A DNA stretch of 64,000 bases from NCBI GenBank assembly GCA_001724265.1, contig MEDY01000043.1, forward strand, positions 1 through 64,000, in the 5' to 3' direction. Positions 26,301 to 40,000 of the stretch are shown in pieces. Under the pieces are notes generated by a model, which ran no database searches, was not told where the DNA came from, and was given only the letters and a program-made list of their open reading frames with translations. Position 1 is the first letter of the stretch. Each line of letters begins with the position of its first letter. Made by a program: the position numbers and the translations under genes. Source of the DNA: Rhizaria sp. SCN 62-66. Lineage: Eukaryota.

Positions 26301-26817
26301 CTCGCCACAGGCGCGCAAGCGGCACCGCGATGTCGGCCGCAGCGCGGCGCGCCTGGCCGGCCTTGTCCTTGAGGTCGGCGAACGCGCTTTCGCCAGCCCG
26401 CCCGCGCGCGTCGCGGGGCTCACCACCACTGCCGCCGCGCGTGTCGGCGCGGAGATGCCCGTTCCCGGTCTCGCCAGTGCGGCCGAGGCCGACTGTGAGA
26501 AGGCGCCCGCGTCGCCAGAGGGGCTCTCGCCCGAGCCCTCGGTTAAGCGCGGGCGCGGCGCGGCGACGCCGCTGCGGGTCGGTGTGCTTGCCGCCACGCC
26601 TCGTCTCACCGTTGGACCTGCATTCGCTGCGTCTGCGTCCGCGTCCGCGTCTGCCTCTGCGGACGCTTGTGGCGCGTCGCTGTCGGCGCGGTTGGACGCG
26701 GCGGCGGCGCTGCTGGCGACTGAGTGGGCGCGCACGCAGGACCTGGCTGAGTCGCTCGAAGACGTTGATCTGCCTGCGCCCACGCTCGCGCTCGACCTCA
26801 GCGAGTACGGCTGGTGA
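21247..26817 (+). CDS. SAC3/GANP family mRNA export factor, ~1,856 aa, read through an in-frame TAG at 22495-22497
   Basis: SAC3/GANP core motifs GTCTVMC..E..RE, AVKKFKRPAAG, VRTPETL, FLSDRFRAVRGDF..Q, EFRAYNLL. The frame continues past TAG directly into ORF 22591-26817, which has a coiled coil and an Arg/Trp helix, and ends TGA. Confidence 0.85.
23297..23372 (+). repeat. GCY trinucleotide run encoding a poly-Ala tract in SAC3/GANP
   Basis: gccgctgccgct... followed by (gct)n. Confidence 0.9.
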
Positions 26818-27102
26818 GGACGGAGCAGCAGGAGCAAGAGCATGTTCGAGGAGCTATTTGACTAAGAAAGCATTGCGAAGTTGCATGCAGTTACTTCAAG
26901 TTAAAACATAATCCACCCTAATACACAACGTCTACGAAATAATACGTCTTATATGAACAATCATGTCTGTGTATTCACTCTGAGCAATCCATGAGTGCCG
27001 ATATGATGGCCTTCGCCGTGGCCTGTCTGTTGATCATTCACATTGGCCTGGTTTCACACCGACACGCTGCGAGGTATCGGGACAACCTATGCACTGATAA
27101 GC

Positions 27103-28817
27103 TCACTTGCCGGCCAGCGTGGGCTGTACAGTCTTGACGTCGCGCATATATGTCGTCTGGTAGTGGTCACGAGCTATATGAGAGGAAAAGCAGGAGTAAG
27201 AAAAGAGAGACAGTGAGTAAACAGATTGACATGAACAAATAACTATATCAGATCAACGCAAGAATGAAAGCAATACATTACAATGCTAAGACGTACACAC
27301 GCCGCCGTTGAAGATGAGTCCGCGGCCTGCGCTGGCGCGGTGCCAGTCCTGGTTGACCCACACGAGGTTGGGGAACTCAGGTGCCCGCGGCGCGCCGTCG
27401 GGACCCACCGCCAGCGGCTGCTGCTGCAAGTTCTGCTGCTGCTGCGGGTGGCCGCCGAAAATGTGCGGCTGCGGCGCGCCAACGGCCTGCGCCGTGAAGG
27501 CTCTGCGAGCCTCGGTGGTGTATGCGTCTGCGGCCTGCTGCTGCGCGCGCTCTGGCTCCACCAGCGTGACGTGCGAGGCGTACTTGAACTCCTGCTTGCG
27601 GTCCCAGTTGAGCTGCCGCTGCTCATTGCGCTCGCGCTGCGGCGGGAGCTGCGGGCGCTGGTACGACGCGTGAGTGGTGGTGCCCCAGGCGCCCGCGCCG
27701 GCGCCGAAGTAGCGCGACGAGTCACTTTGCAGCAGGCCGCGCGTGGTGATGCCATGGTCGACGACGAGCCCGTTGTTGCGCACGGCGGACGCGCCCGTCA
27801 CCGCGTACGACGACACCGCCGTGCCCTGGCGCTGCTTCATTGTCGCCACGGGCGCGGCCTCAGTCACACCAGCGCCTGCGCCCGTGCGTGAGCCTGCGCC
27901 TGCGTACGAGGCAGCTGCGGAGTCGGACTGCTGCGAAGCGGGCTCGCGCGCGCCGGGGGGGCGGGAGCCGGGTAGCACGGTGTGGAAGCCAACGGGAACG
28001 CGGTCCGTGCCCGCAGCGTCGGCGACTGAGGGCTGCATCATCTTCCAGCTGTTTTTGAACCCGCGGCGGTTCTCTGGGTGCGGCGCCTGGCGCTCCTCGT
28101 ACGCGCGCTGGTTCGTTGTCTGCGGGGCCCAGTCGCCGCGCTCGCCGCCGATGCTCCAGTGGCTCTGCCGCAGGTTATGCCGCAGAAACATGTTCTCGCT
28201 CGCCGCGCGCGCGTCCGCGGACGGGTCGGCGCCGCCGCGCAGCGCCACCACCGCCGCGGGGGGCTCGGCGCGCAGCCGTTCCATGCGCTTGTTCTGCGGC
28301 GGTGCCGTAACAAGCCGCGCGGCGTCCGCGTGCGCCGGGGAAAAGTTCCCGATGTCGCCCGAGACTGAGGTAAAGCGCGAGGCCGCACCGGCGGGCTCGG
28401 AGGAGCCGATGGAGAACTGGTGCTGGCGCAGTTGCAGCATCTGGGCCACGCTGTTGCGCTTCGTGGCCAGCTGCTCATCCAGGTCGATGGGCGGCGCCGT
28501 CGCGTACTGCGCCGCGGTTTCAGTCACCCACGCATCAGCTGCGTCAACGGGGCGGCATCCAGCCGTCGACCATGAAGAGCGCTGCAGTTTCACCGTGCCG
28601 GACCGGTCCCTCGTGCCAACGGGTTGCATTGCTACGAAGGAAGCGGTGAAGAGAATTTCATGAGTGAATTGTGAAGGTTCCTGGTCAATTGAAGGCGTGT
28701 AAAATAAGCATCAAATATCATAATACACATTGAAATGCAACGCGCGCGTATCATATTCATTGACGGTTGGTGTAAGGCATGTATTTGCGTAACGTTTTCA
28801 GACTCACATCGTCCCAT
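27103..28817 (-). CDS. TEX45/SAXO5-like axonemal microtubule inner protein, 471 aa
   Basis: Exons 28817-28808, 28631-27297 and 27173-27103 join in frame (GTGAGT..TAG and GTACGT..TAG introns) and end TGA. Repeated QHQFSIG/QSHWSIG/SHVTL units alternate with TTxxxx(Y/F) units (QTTNQRAY, TTTHASY, YTTEARRAF, YQTTYMRD). Confidence 0.6.
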
Positions 28818-29000
28818 TGCTTCTTCAGTCCGATTGGTCTTTGACTGATGGCGGACTCTCAGTCATTTGATTTCAGATATTGTGTCGTCACCGAAACGTA
28901 ATTTCCTGCCTACACATTTTAAATGATGCATTCTATATTCTGCTGCTGGATCACCTTCTATCTTGCTTTCTGATCTTCTCTCGCGCTTGTTTTCAGTTCG

Positions 29001-30329
29001 ATGTCTGGAGCTACCGCTGCTCACGATGTTGCTGCCGCCTTCAAGGCTGTCAAGGCACAGGCCAAAAGTGCTATGGCTGCTGCTGGTGTGACTCGCGATG
29101 TACGTCCTTAACAACACACTGTTTAGATGTGCCTTTTTACTGACCTGTGGCTTTCTTCGCTGTCGCTCGCCTTTCTCCCTGTGCTCATCACGTGCTCCAT
29201 TTGTCTCGTCTTCGATCACACCTTCTCGTCACAGGTTCTGGTGCTTGCTGTGAGCAAGACCAAGACTCCCGCCATGGTTAAGGAGGTCTACGACCTTGGA
29301 CATCGCCACTTCGGCGAGAACTATGTACGTACTACGTCCTACTATTTCTTGTCCTCCGCCAAAGTCCGTCGCATCTATCCGCATTGCTCGCGCTCACCCT
29401 CTCACACACTGACTCTTACGCATCCATATTCCTGCTCCTTGCCGGCCGCCGCTGGCCCGCGCGCAGGTGAACGAGCTGCTGGCCAAGGCGCCCAAGTGCC
29501 CGGCGGACGTCAAATGGCACTTCATCGGGCACCTACAGTCGAACAAGGCGGCGCGCCTTGTGCAAGTGCCGAACCTCTACATGGTCGAAAGCGTCGACTC
29601 GCTTAAGCTTGCACAAAAGCTTGACCAGGCCTGCAAGAAGGCCGGGCGCACTGAGAAGCTTAACGTACGTCAACACAGCGCAACGACATATCCCTTCCAT
29701 CTTAAGTTATCTGATACTTGCTCTGCGATCACTCGAAAGCGTCATTTCAACGTCACATGATATCATTGCTTGCTTACGTCTCTCTTGCCTATGTACACGT
29801 TTTCATGCGATATAATAACTAATCGCGTTTTTTTATATCTTCAATACTTTATGATATATCTTTGTTTCTCTGCCTATGTTTCGCTGCGCAGGTAATGATC
29901 CAGGTCAACACCTCCGGCGAGGCCTCTAAGTCCGGCTGCGAGCCCTCTGCGTGCGCAGGGCTGGTGCGCGCCGTGGCCGCGACGTGCCCCGCGCTGTCGG
30001 TGCGCGGACTCATGACCATCGGGGAGTACGAGGCCGCACCCTCGCGGCGCTTCTTCGACACACTCTCGGCCTGCCGTGCCGAGACGGCCGCGCTGCTCCG
30101 CGCCGACCGCGCTGCTGCGGGGACGCGTGGCGCTGAGAAGGATGCACAGGAGGAGGGCGCGCAGGAGGAGGATGCGCAGGAGGTTGAGCTGGAGCTGAGC
30201 ATGGGCATGAGCCACGACATGGAACTGGCCATAGCGTCGGGCTCCACCGAGGTCCGCGTCGGCACCGCCATCTTCGGCGCCCGCGGCGCGCCCTTTGTCG
30301 CGGACCCGGAGTCGGACGGCGACGAGTGA
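29001..30329 (+). CDS. PLPBP: Pyridoxal phosphate homeostasis protein (YggS/PROSC family)
   Basis: Exons 29001-29099, 29235-29324, 29467-29664 and 29892-30329, with three GTACGT..CAG introns; ends TGA. Motifs AVSKTK, FGENYV, WHFIGHLQSNK, QVNTSGEASKSG, GLMTIG, LSMGMS, GSTEVRVGTAIFGAR. Confidence 0.95.
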
Positions 30330-30419
30330 GTGATGAAGCGCGAATGCTGAGACGTAGCTGCAGTATGAAGTTGACGAACGAAGAATCTTTTACGGAAGCT
30401 TCGCTTACGTAAAAACGAT

Positions 30420-30490
30420 TCTTGTACATATATACTACGTACATGTACATTGTACATGTACAAACGTGCACTGTATATGTATATGTACTG
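30420..30490. repeat. Low-complexity TGTACA/GTACAT palindrome cluster downstream of PLPBP
   Basis: cttgtacatatatactacgtacatgtacattgtacatgtaca. Confidence 0.6.
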
Positions 30491-31062
30491 TTTCGCAAGT
30501 GGCCAGTTTGTTTTTCCGGGAATTCTATTACTGACTGAAATATATGCACATCATTATACAACTCTTTTATTTACAAGACAATCCATTTGCGATTTGATGT
30601 TGTGATGCAGATAGCAACGTCCATGTTGTTGTCATCGATGTTTTGTGGTGAGTTGACTTTTTCGGTCCTGCAAGTGAGCGACCGACGAACGAACACGAAC
30701 GAACAAAGGAGCGGTCGACTCGTCAAAAGAAGCTATGTTTCGGGGGTTTCTGTTCATATTCCGGAGTTCTATGATATTTAGTACATGCCACTGTGTGGGC
30801 CATTCCATTTTCTTATTTCTGTGTCCGCTCCGCGGTTTTGATGACGTTTTTTTGTGCATGGTAGGCCTCGTGAAGGTGCTTCAAGGGCTGCTCTCTGTCG
30901 ACAAACGACTCATTTTTCCTAACATATTACTCTCTTTTTGCTTCCCTGAAGTGGTTATCTGCCTAGTGGTGCTATTGAATTTGTGTGTAGATCTGCTTTT
31001 GGCTCTCTCTGCTTTGGTAGTGACGCACTCCACTGGCCCCCCAGAACACAGCATCCTCCGCG

Positions 31063-34000
31063 ATGCTCCGCTTTGCTCTCTTTGGGGTGGCGATCCTCCT
31101 CGCCACACTCCAAGCCGCATATGCGGCCAGTTTCTCAGCCACCGTCACGGTATGTTGCATTCTCCATACTTGCATTATCTAATCCATGCTCCCCTGGTTG
31201 CACCCCCCCACCCCTAGCGTCACTCACCCCCTCCCTCTTCCTAACTCTTGTTCACTCCTAGACTTCGGCTTCCTCACTTACACAACACACACCTGTCTCG
31301 GTGATGATTAACATGAACATTCCACTACAAGAGCTTAATTCTACGACCAAGGTACGCTGCCTTTCTTCTGGCACCATCACGCTTGTCGTTCTCACCTCCA
31401 TTCTTTTCCTCGCTCACCTTCTTTGCCTCACCTCTTTTGGCCGTTCTCTTGCATGTGCTCAGTTCAAATTTCACTGTGGTGACAGCATTCTTTGTTTGGC
31501 TACGAATAGTACCACGGCAGTGATTGGAGGCCAACTCAAGTATGTTGGTGTTGTGCGCGACCTCGGCGGGTGGATGACTCTGGTTAGCTCCGACTTGAGC
31601 ACGTTTGAGGTGAGTCTTTCATCGACGTCAGACACAGCGGTCAATGTGGCGCTGAACGTGGCCTTTCTTGAAGTTGGCCCCGTGCAGCCCTTCACCGTGC
31701 GATGCGTGCCCACGTCTATCTCGACGGAGCTGACGGCCACGACCTCGTCCGTGCCTTCGCTGTCGGTCGGCGCAAGCTCGCGCTTCGTGGTGCATGAGAG
31801 CCAGGGCACGGCGTACGCGACCTTCTACACGCCTTTTGTGCCCTACGACGCGTTCCTGTCGGCCGAGCTCCCCGGCCAGCTCACCGCCACGGCCATGACT
31901 ATTGTCTCGCCGGCCGACTGTCTTTCCACCAGCGCGACGGGATGGACCTTCGGCGACGTCACACTCGGCCCCTCTGGCCCTGGCGTCAACGACTTCCGTT
32001 TCCAACTCAACTGCACCGCGGCCTGCAACCCCTGCGTGGTGGAGTTCAGTGGCGTCACCAACGCTGTGACCAAGTCTGACGAAGGCCGCGTCGAGCGCGC
32101 CGGTTTCCTGCGCGTGACTAGCGGCGAGTACTACTACCCGCTCTTCACGGCACTCTACGCGCAGCCGCAGCCCTCGGTGCCGGCCTTTAAGATGACGCCC
32201 ACGTTGTCCAACAGCGTCCCCATCGGCCGCGCGCAGACGGAAGTGATCACGTTTGACTCGTCATTCGGTTCCACGATGCTCGACAACGTGACGTACGTCG
32301 CTATCTCTTTCCCGGCCGCCGCCATCCCGTCTTCGCTGGCGACGGGCGCGCTCGTCGCGGTCATCGTCACGCTCTCGCCCTCCGGGTCCGCCAATCTGAC
32401 CTGCCCGACAACCGACGCGTTGCCGGCGACGCTGGCCACGACGGAGCTCTACTGTTACAGCTCCTCCTACACGCCGCTCATGATCACCGGGCTGACGCTT
32501 AAAGCGACGAACCTGTTCGTGGGCCCCACTCCCGGGCTGAGCGCGAGCATCGACATGCGCCTGCTCGACCACCGCTTCCTGCCCGTGGGCACGGTCGAGG
32601 GCCAGATCCCGCTGCATCGCACGCAGCTCACCGCCTCGTGCGCCGCCGCGACGACCTCACTCGACCTTACCGTGGACGCACCCAAGCTCGCGGTGCCCTG
32701 CACGGTCGATTTCTACCCGTTCCTACTCAACATTAACACGACTGTGTTCATCGCTGTGGTTTTTCCGCATGATGTCGCGGCACTGATCAACATTACGATG
32801 TCTTCGGTGTCCACTCTGGTGTCTGTTTCCAACGTTACGACCGACGATTCATTCTTTCTCATCGAGGCCCAGGGCACGTCGGCCATTGTTGCCGACGCGC
32901 AGATCTCGTTATTTTCAGCCTGTACGAGTTCCTGCGCGGTTACCTTCACGCTGACATACACCTTTAATGCCGAGTATCTGCGCACACTCTCGACTCTTCC
33001 GCTTGCAGTGGGCTTCAAGCTGCTGTCATCGAACGACCGCGCGGCAAACAAGGTGATTGCGCGGTCGGCGACGCTGGCGCTGCCCATGCATGACGTTGCA
33101 TCGTACACTGGCTTCGATGCCACCTCGATCACCTTCTCGGACATCTCGCTTGATTCGGTCTCGACCATGACTCCTGTCGTATCCTCCAGCGTCACGCTCA
33201 AGGTGCCATCCTCCCTTCTCTATGGGCAGTCCTTCTACGTCGACTTCGACTTGATCAACGCCAATAATGTCGAGGTTCAACTGGACTGTCTTTCCGGGCA
33301 CGACGACTGCGTCATGGTTGACTATAGCACGAGGTTCTTGGTCCGCGACTACAATGACACTGTTTTGTCGACTTCTAGCGGCACGTTCGGTGTCCTCACT
33401 TTGACTGCGTACCAGTTGGATCTCGCTGCGATGTTGGACCGCTTTGTGTCCTTCCGTGTGTCGCTCCTACAATCCCCGGACACCGCCATTCCTTTTGCCG
33501 TGTCGGCGCAGCTCCCGATCTACGTTGACTTCGTCTCCACCACGGACGGCAATGCGAACATTGTGGATCCGCACCGTATCGTCCCGTCACCCGGGCTCTA
33601 CTACTTCAACACGGCGCTTACTAACATGGATGTTGTCGAGTTCCGCTTCTCTTCTTCATTCTTCGTTGTTGACGCCTCGTCTATCACCACCTCCAGCAAC
33701 GAGTGCTTCCCGGCAGTGAGCCCCGACACGAGTGTGTGGGACTCTGTCACCCGTACGCTAACCTTGCTCCCTGTCGCGAACGCTTCGTCTACTTGCAGCC
33801 AGCTTACGTTTGATTTTAGTGGCATCACCCTGGACATCGGTTCTGACTACGAGGCTGCTGCGGCCACCAATATTTTCGCCAGCGCCACCATTACTGGTAT
33901 TGTGCGGCGCACCGACAGCGTCACGCGCGCGTCGTCAGTCGTGGAGACGATCACGTGGCCCTATGTCGCTCAGTTTCGGGACACGACCAACGCCACCGCC

Positions 34001-37000
34001 GTCAATTCCGCGATGGTGAGTACGTCGCCCTCTCCCTTCTACCCAGCCCAGCTCAACTCGTTCGACATCTATCTTGATATCACCTCTGACATGAAGGGTT
34101 TTTTCCTCTCCAAGAATGAGGCCCTGCGGATCACGTTCCCAGCCAGGATGACGCTGTTGACTGCGCCCACGCTCACAGCGCCCGTCAACGCTGCGTTTAC
34201 CCGCGCTGGTCTCGAGACGACGACGACGGGCGCGTCCATCTTCGTCGCTGAGTACGACAACGACATCCCCATGCCATCCGCGGCCTATAATGGCGTCATC
34301 ATCAACGTGCCTTCGGTCGAGCTGGCGTGGGATACGACCTCCGCGGTGACCTCGGATATGATCACCATCGAGGTCGTGTCGCGGAGCAACGCATTGCGCG
34401 TGCTCGAGTTTTGGCGGACCGACCCGCTCACCTATGCTGATCCCGCGCCCGCGAATGCGACGTCGACCTACGCCGAGTCGCGCTGGAGCAGGGAGATCAC
34501 CACGATTGTGCCGACTTACCACGCTTTTTATTTCACGCTACAGTTTGCGTCACCGCGCCTGGTGCGCAGTCGCACGACATCTAGTCCGTACATCACGGTC
34601 CAGTTTCCTACCAATGACACCTGCAACAGCACGGCCACTGGTATCGGCTACCTGGTCTCGGGCAAAGTTACTTTTAACTACGGCAGCAACTGTTCTTTCA
34701 ATGCCATGCTGAGTACACCATACGAGCATGACATCTTTGTCGGCGACACGATTCGCATCGAGTTCGGCGACGTTATCGGTGCCACGTCCAGCACCAGCGC
34801 CTCGCGCCAGCCCATTGTGGTGACACTCCACCTTGGTGGGGGGGCGCAGGATGTCGCTCTCGTCACTGCGAGCTTGACGACGGACACGGTCGCAGTGGTC
34901 CAAGAGGTCTCAAGTGCTCCCTCATTCACGATTCAGTCTCTCGACGGAGCGGCATCACCCACACAATCTCTGATGAAGCTCAGTTTCACGATGACATTTT
35001 TGGATAAGACAAGTCTAGTCTCTTTCAATTTGCAAGATGCTAGTCTTGCCCTCGTTTCAGGGTCTGCCCCTACTTCGACGCTATCTGGTTGCGCGCCTGA
35101 CTATACGAATAATTTGTACTCTTGCACCGTGCCGGCCTCCACCGCGAGTGCGAGTTTCACTTTGACTTTGTTACCGCACTACCCGCCGCGCCTGAGCACT
35201 GCCATGTTGCAGAAAAACCCCCTTGGCCAGTCTGTTGCGCTGATGAGCCCGTACGCGCTGCTTGTCACAGTCACTGTGAATGGGAAGAGCGCGACTTCGC
35301 GCGGGACGTTTACGACCCTTCCGAGACGCGTTGAAGTCAACACCGTGCCCTATTATCGGACGACCACAGATCCTGACGCATCAATGTTCATTCTCGATCT
35401 TGAAATGACATCTCTGACTACAGTGTCCAGCATTACGCCCTACAGTTTTACTCTGATCGGTCCCTCACCACTATTTCTAAATGGGTTCATGGGCGATATT
35501 TTAGGTACATACGCGCTGCTTAGCGATATGACCTCTCTCAACTCTAGCACTCCAACTGAGTTTCCTCCTGGCACTGCTGTTTTTACTGGGGATGGTAGTT
35601 ACACATCCTTTGTGACCCAAATTAAGTATCCAATTACGATGACCAACACATTGCACTCAGCTGCTCGTTTTAGTACTCCCAATGGGCCGAACATGTTTGG
35701 CCGCCACCTGGTCATCCGCATGCAGAAGAATGACAGTGAGGTATATGTTGCTAATGTGACTACTCCATACGCGTTCAGCCCTGCGTTCACCATGGTCGGC
35801 CCCGGCCCTGCGCGCTTCAACCCCGTAGCGCTGACGAAGGCTGAGAGTCTGACTTTCTCTGTAGTGTCCCTCGTGTCGTCTCTCGATGGCGCCGCTCTTC
35901 TGGTGGGGAACAGCACCCATCTGTGCATGTACCAGCGCAAAAGTCTGTGGGCTCTCTCAAGCGAGCATGGAATGCTGTCTGGCTCTCAGTGCTCGACCGC
36001 CTTTGGCGAGCTGTCGTTTGTGGTGCCGTCGCACGACTCACGCTTTGTGTTTATTGTTAACAAGGCGGCCCCGAGCGAGATCAAGGTCGTCGCCCTGCGC
36101 ACGCTCACTTTGGTGTCGGCTGCGAGCACCAACACTGCTGCGACGGCGGATCGTATTACGGCTATCAGCTATCTTGGTTTGCACTCCATGAACCAAGACG
36201 GTGACTACCTGCTTGCGTGCGGCACTCCTGCCTGTGTTCTCATTCAGTTTGACGCACACAACGGTCTGCTGACGACTACGATCGTTGGTGGCATTCCTTC
36301 CGCGATGACCTCTCCTGCCATCTTCCCGCGCGGTGTGTCGGTCGCGTACGCCGGCACGCGCTCCTCTGATTACGTGAGGATCCTCACTGCTGACGGACAA
36401 CTTCTTCAGTTGTCTGCCTCGACTAGTACGATGAGTTCTATCAAGCCCCTCTTCGGTACCTATGTCATCGCCGACTTGACGACCCTGGCCAGCCTCTGCT
36501 CCGACATCGCTGGCAACACGTTGATGCTGGGCGCGACCTCCCGTGGTGTGATCCATGTTCTCGGAGGGGATGGCGTCTCGAAGGCGACCTGGACCGTTCC
36601 TGTCTGCAATGGCCCCTGCCCTGTGCGCCAGATTCAGGTCATGTCCTCGCAGGGCAGTGCGGACCACTTCGCGTTCGTGGTTGACGCATATGGCTCCCTC
36701 CACGTTCTCTCTGTGACGACCTCTGGCACCACTGCCTCAATCGCGCTGCTCACATCGACGCCCTTCGCCTCGTCGTCAGTGTGTGCGGGTGAGGTGACTC
36801 GTATCGCGCTGTCATCGGACAACTCCCAGCTGTATGTGGGCACCACCACCACCCTGTGCACCTACACGATCCCCGCGCAACCGGTCACTTCGACCGTTTC
36901 CACGAAGCTCACCGCGTCGCCGTGGGGTTCCTCGTTTCTGCCCGCGATTAACCCCACGTTGCTGCCCGCCGGTGGCACTCTGTCCGTCACGGTGAGCATC

Positions 37001-40000
37001 ACCACACCCGCCCAGTTGGCTGCAGGTGACGTCATCGATGTTGTACTTCCTCTTGGGGCCACGACTGCCTCTGGTGCGCTCCTCACCATCACTCCCTCAG
37101 TCAATCGCATCAGCTCTTCGGTTGTGAATTCTACGACATTCGTAAGCAATACTACAACTGGTCGTATCGCTTGCAGGTACACCGTGACTAGTGACCCTAC
37201 GATCGGTGCGAATGGCTTTGTGCTTCAGATGGACGGCATCGTTCTGTCAACGATTGACATGGCCAACGCCGACGACCGTGCCGCGCGCACTGCACTGACG
37301 GTCCGCTTTGCGAGTGCTTCTGGCGCTGTTTTCATGGGGCTGTTCAATACGAACCTGGGCACACTTGTTTTCGCCGACCCTTTTCAGAAGATTGCTTTCT
37401 CTGTCATTCGCAACAGGCACTTGATGGGCCGGCGGTCAACGCATGTTGTCGAATTGGTTTTGCACTCGTCGTACATCGATGCCGTCTCTGCCCTTTCGTG
37501 TACAATCACAATGCCCACTGGCTCTATTATTGAACTGCCTAACTATAGCGATGGCGGTTGGTATGGAACGTCGAAATTGGCACCACCTACTTTTTCCGGA
37601 AACGTTATTAGTTTCTCGAGCAAGAGCAATGTAAGCAATGTATTACAGCCGAGTGATTCGCTGTCATGGACTTTCACATTTTTGTCCACTCCCCTTGCGG
37701 CTGACACTGCTACTCAGGTAACTCTTGCGTGTACAGTCTTGATGGGCGATGCCGATCACAGCACAACGTCGACCGCGTGGCTGCCCGTGCCTTACCGCCC
37801 TACGTCGACAGGATGGTCTAGCATCACCCAGGCAAACCCGACATTTGCGGGCTCCGCCTTGATTACGTCTGCGGTGTTTAGCGCCGACGACCGCCGTGCT
37901 GTCGCTGTCACTGACGACAGCAACGTGCTGTCGTACACCAAGAATACAACGACTGGTGTCTACCAGCTTGATGCGACTCTGTTTATCAATGTGGGCTCCT
38001 TGGTTCATGTCGCGGGCTCCGGTGACCTGAACGCCATCTACGTCTCCGCGTCTGATGGCAACGTCTACCGCTTCCCGCGCAATGCCGCGACCACGACTAC
38101 GACCTTCTATGTTTCTCGTGACTTGAAGCAGCACATGCTCGGCAATGCCGCGTCGCTGTTCGACGCAAGTGCCCCGCAGACGAGCGGCTCGATGCGCGCT
38201 CCTTTTCGCATTCTACAGGTTCTCACTGTTGCAACGCCCAAATCACCGACGAACGCTTCTTCCGGCTTTACTTACTACGCCGACAAGGACGAGGTCGCGA
38301 GCGTCGTTGCAGTCACCGAGCGCGGCTTACTCTCCTTGGGCGTGAATGGTGGCGCTGTTACTTCGAGTCTTTTCCCGATCAAGCTTGCTCCTGCAGGCTG
38401 CGCGACGGGCTTCGACCGCATCAACACTCTTGGGGCCCCGTTTATCATCTGCGCATTTAGCTCTGGTCTTGTCCATAACGCATACTATGACCGCACTAAT
38501 ATGACTCCTTTGCCCCCATCGTGGTCCACATTCACTGTCTCGGATGATAAGCGCGCTTTTGGTGAGGCTGTGTTCCTTGCACACTACCGCTTGCCACCTG
38601 ATGACCCCCCCGTCGTCTCCACCGTTGACTACGTGTGGGTTGGCACCAAGGCGGGATACGTTCTTATCTACCAGCTCGACGTTGCGACTGGTGTTGCGAC
38701 CCGCTCTCTGGCATCCACGGCTGTTGTGGAAGGTATGACTACAATGGCAGCGTCTCCTGACGGACGGGCTATCTTTGTTGGCACGAGTGGTGGCGGTATC
38801 TATCGGATCATTGGAAAGGGCAACGTTTTATCTGCGATGCTCGCTTCATTTGACAAGACTCTTCTTGCCACCGACGTGGGCTCGAATCCCATTGTCCGCC
38901 TGAGGGTCACCGCTGATGGCTCAAAGCTTCTCGTTGTGACGACGAAGTCTCTCTATGCCATCTCTCTATACGAGTACATGGGCGACACGAAGGTGACCTT
39001 TGCACCAGTCGAAGATCTCCGCCAATATAGCGATGGTAATAGTGCTCGCGCGACTTCGATGCAGATTAAGTTCGACTGGTCGCAGACTACCACTTCGCCA
39101 TTAGCTACGCTCGCGACCACTCCAGTTCTTGTCGTCGACTTGACTCTCGACGCGTCCTTGCGCACACGTCACGGCAACCTTGTCGATTTCCGCCGCGAGG
39201 ACTCGACAGCCAACACGCAATACTCACTTCTCGCCACGCCGTCGAATGCGACGTTGTCCTCCAATCCCTATTTTGTGACAAGTCCTCCGGTTGTGACATG
39301 TGTAATGCCAACGACTCTGCGTTTCGTCTGCACATTTTCTGACTTTACGACCTTCCTCACTCAACTTCAGAATGCTTCATCGTATGTAACGTCAGCAACA
39401 TTGACAGTCACCAATGTTGTCACCCCCAACTACATCATCACTGACAGCTACGTGAGCGCTGCGATGACGAACGATGTTAACCTGAGTACTATTTCGCAAT
39501 TCTCGTCCGCTGTTGAGTACACGGGCGCCGGTGGCTTGCTGCATCTTGTTGTCGCAGGAGGTGACCCGGCTGACGCACTGTTGACCAGCATCGCGGCTTC
39601 AGTCACTTCGCCCCAGAAGCTGCAGATTGTCATGAACCCTCCGCTCGTGTACCGCGACGGCTCGTTCAGTACGTACTCAATTCGCATCTCCAACGACGCC
39701 AATTGTACTGACTCCTACTACGATGAGTCGGGCTATCCCAAAAACGGTCTTGGCGTGACGTGCTGCGCATTCGGCTCAGGTTCAAGCTACACGAAGTCCT
39801 TGGATCGTGAGGTTCCGTCTGAGAGCTTTGCTTCGCGCCTCGACCTTTTCGCAATCTGCGCTCTCGACAAGCTTGGCGCTTTAATCACACTGTCGGCTGT
39901 ACCAACGAATCAACGCACGGAGCAGCGCCGCTACTCTCCTATCTCGTTCCGCCTACGCTCTCGTGCAAGGTTCTCAATGATTATTAACGATGCCTTGAAC

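Noticed and set aside
27286-27288. TAG apparently ending the TEX45-like ORF
   Set aside because: It lies within a GTACGT intron (27296-27174); the spliced gene ends at TGA 27103.
28632-28634. TAG triplets at 28632-28634 and 31259-31261 as further read-through codons
   Set aside because: Both are better explained as intron 3' acceptors after pyrimidine tracts, so they were not counted.
31301-31462. ORF-track N-terminus of the giant protein, with an apparent TM helix
   Set aside because: 31352-31462 is an in-frame intron; the real signal peptide is at 31063-31149.
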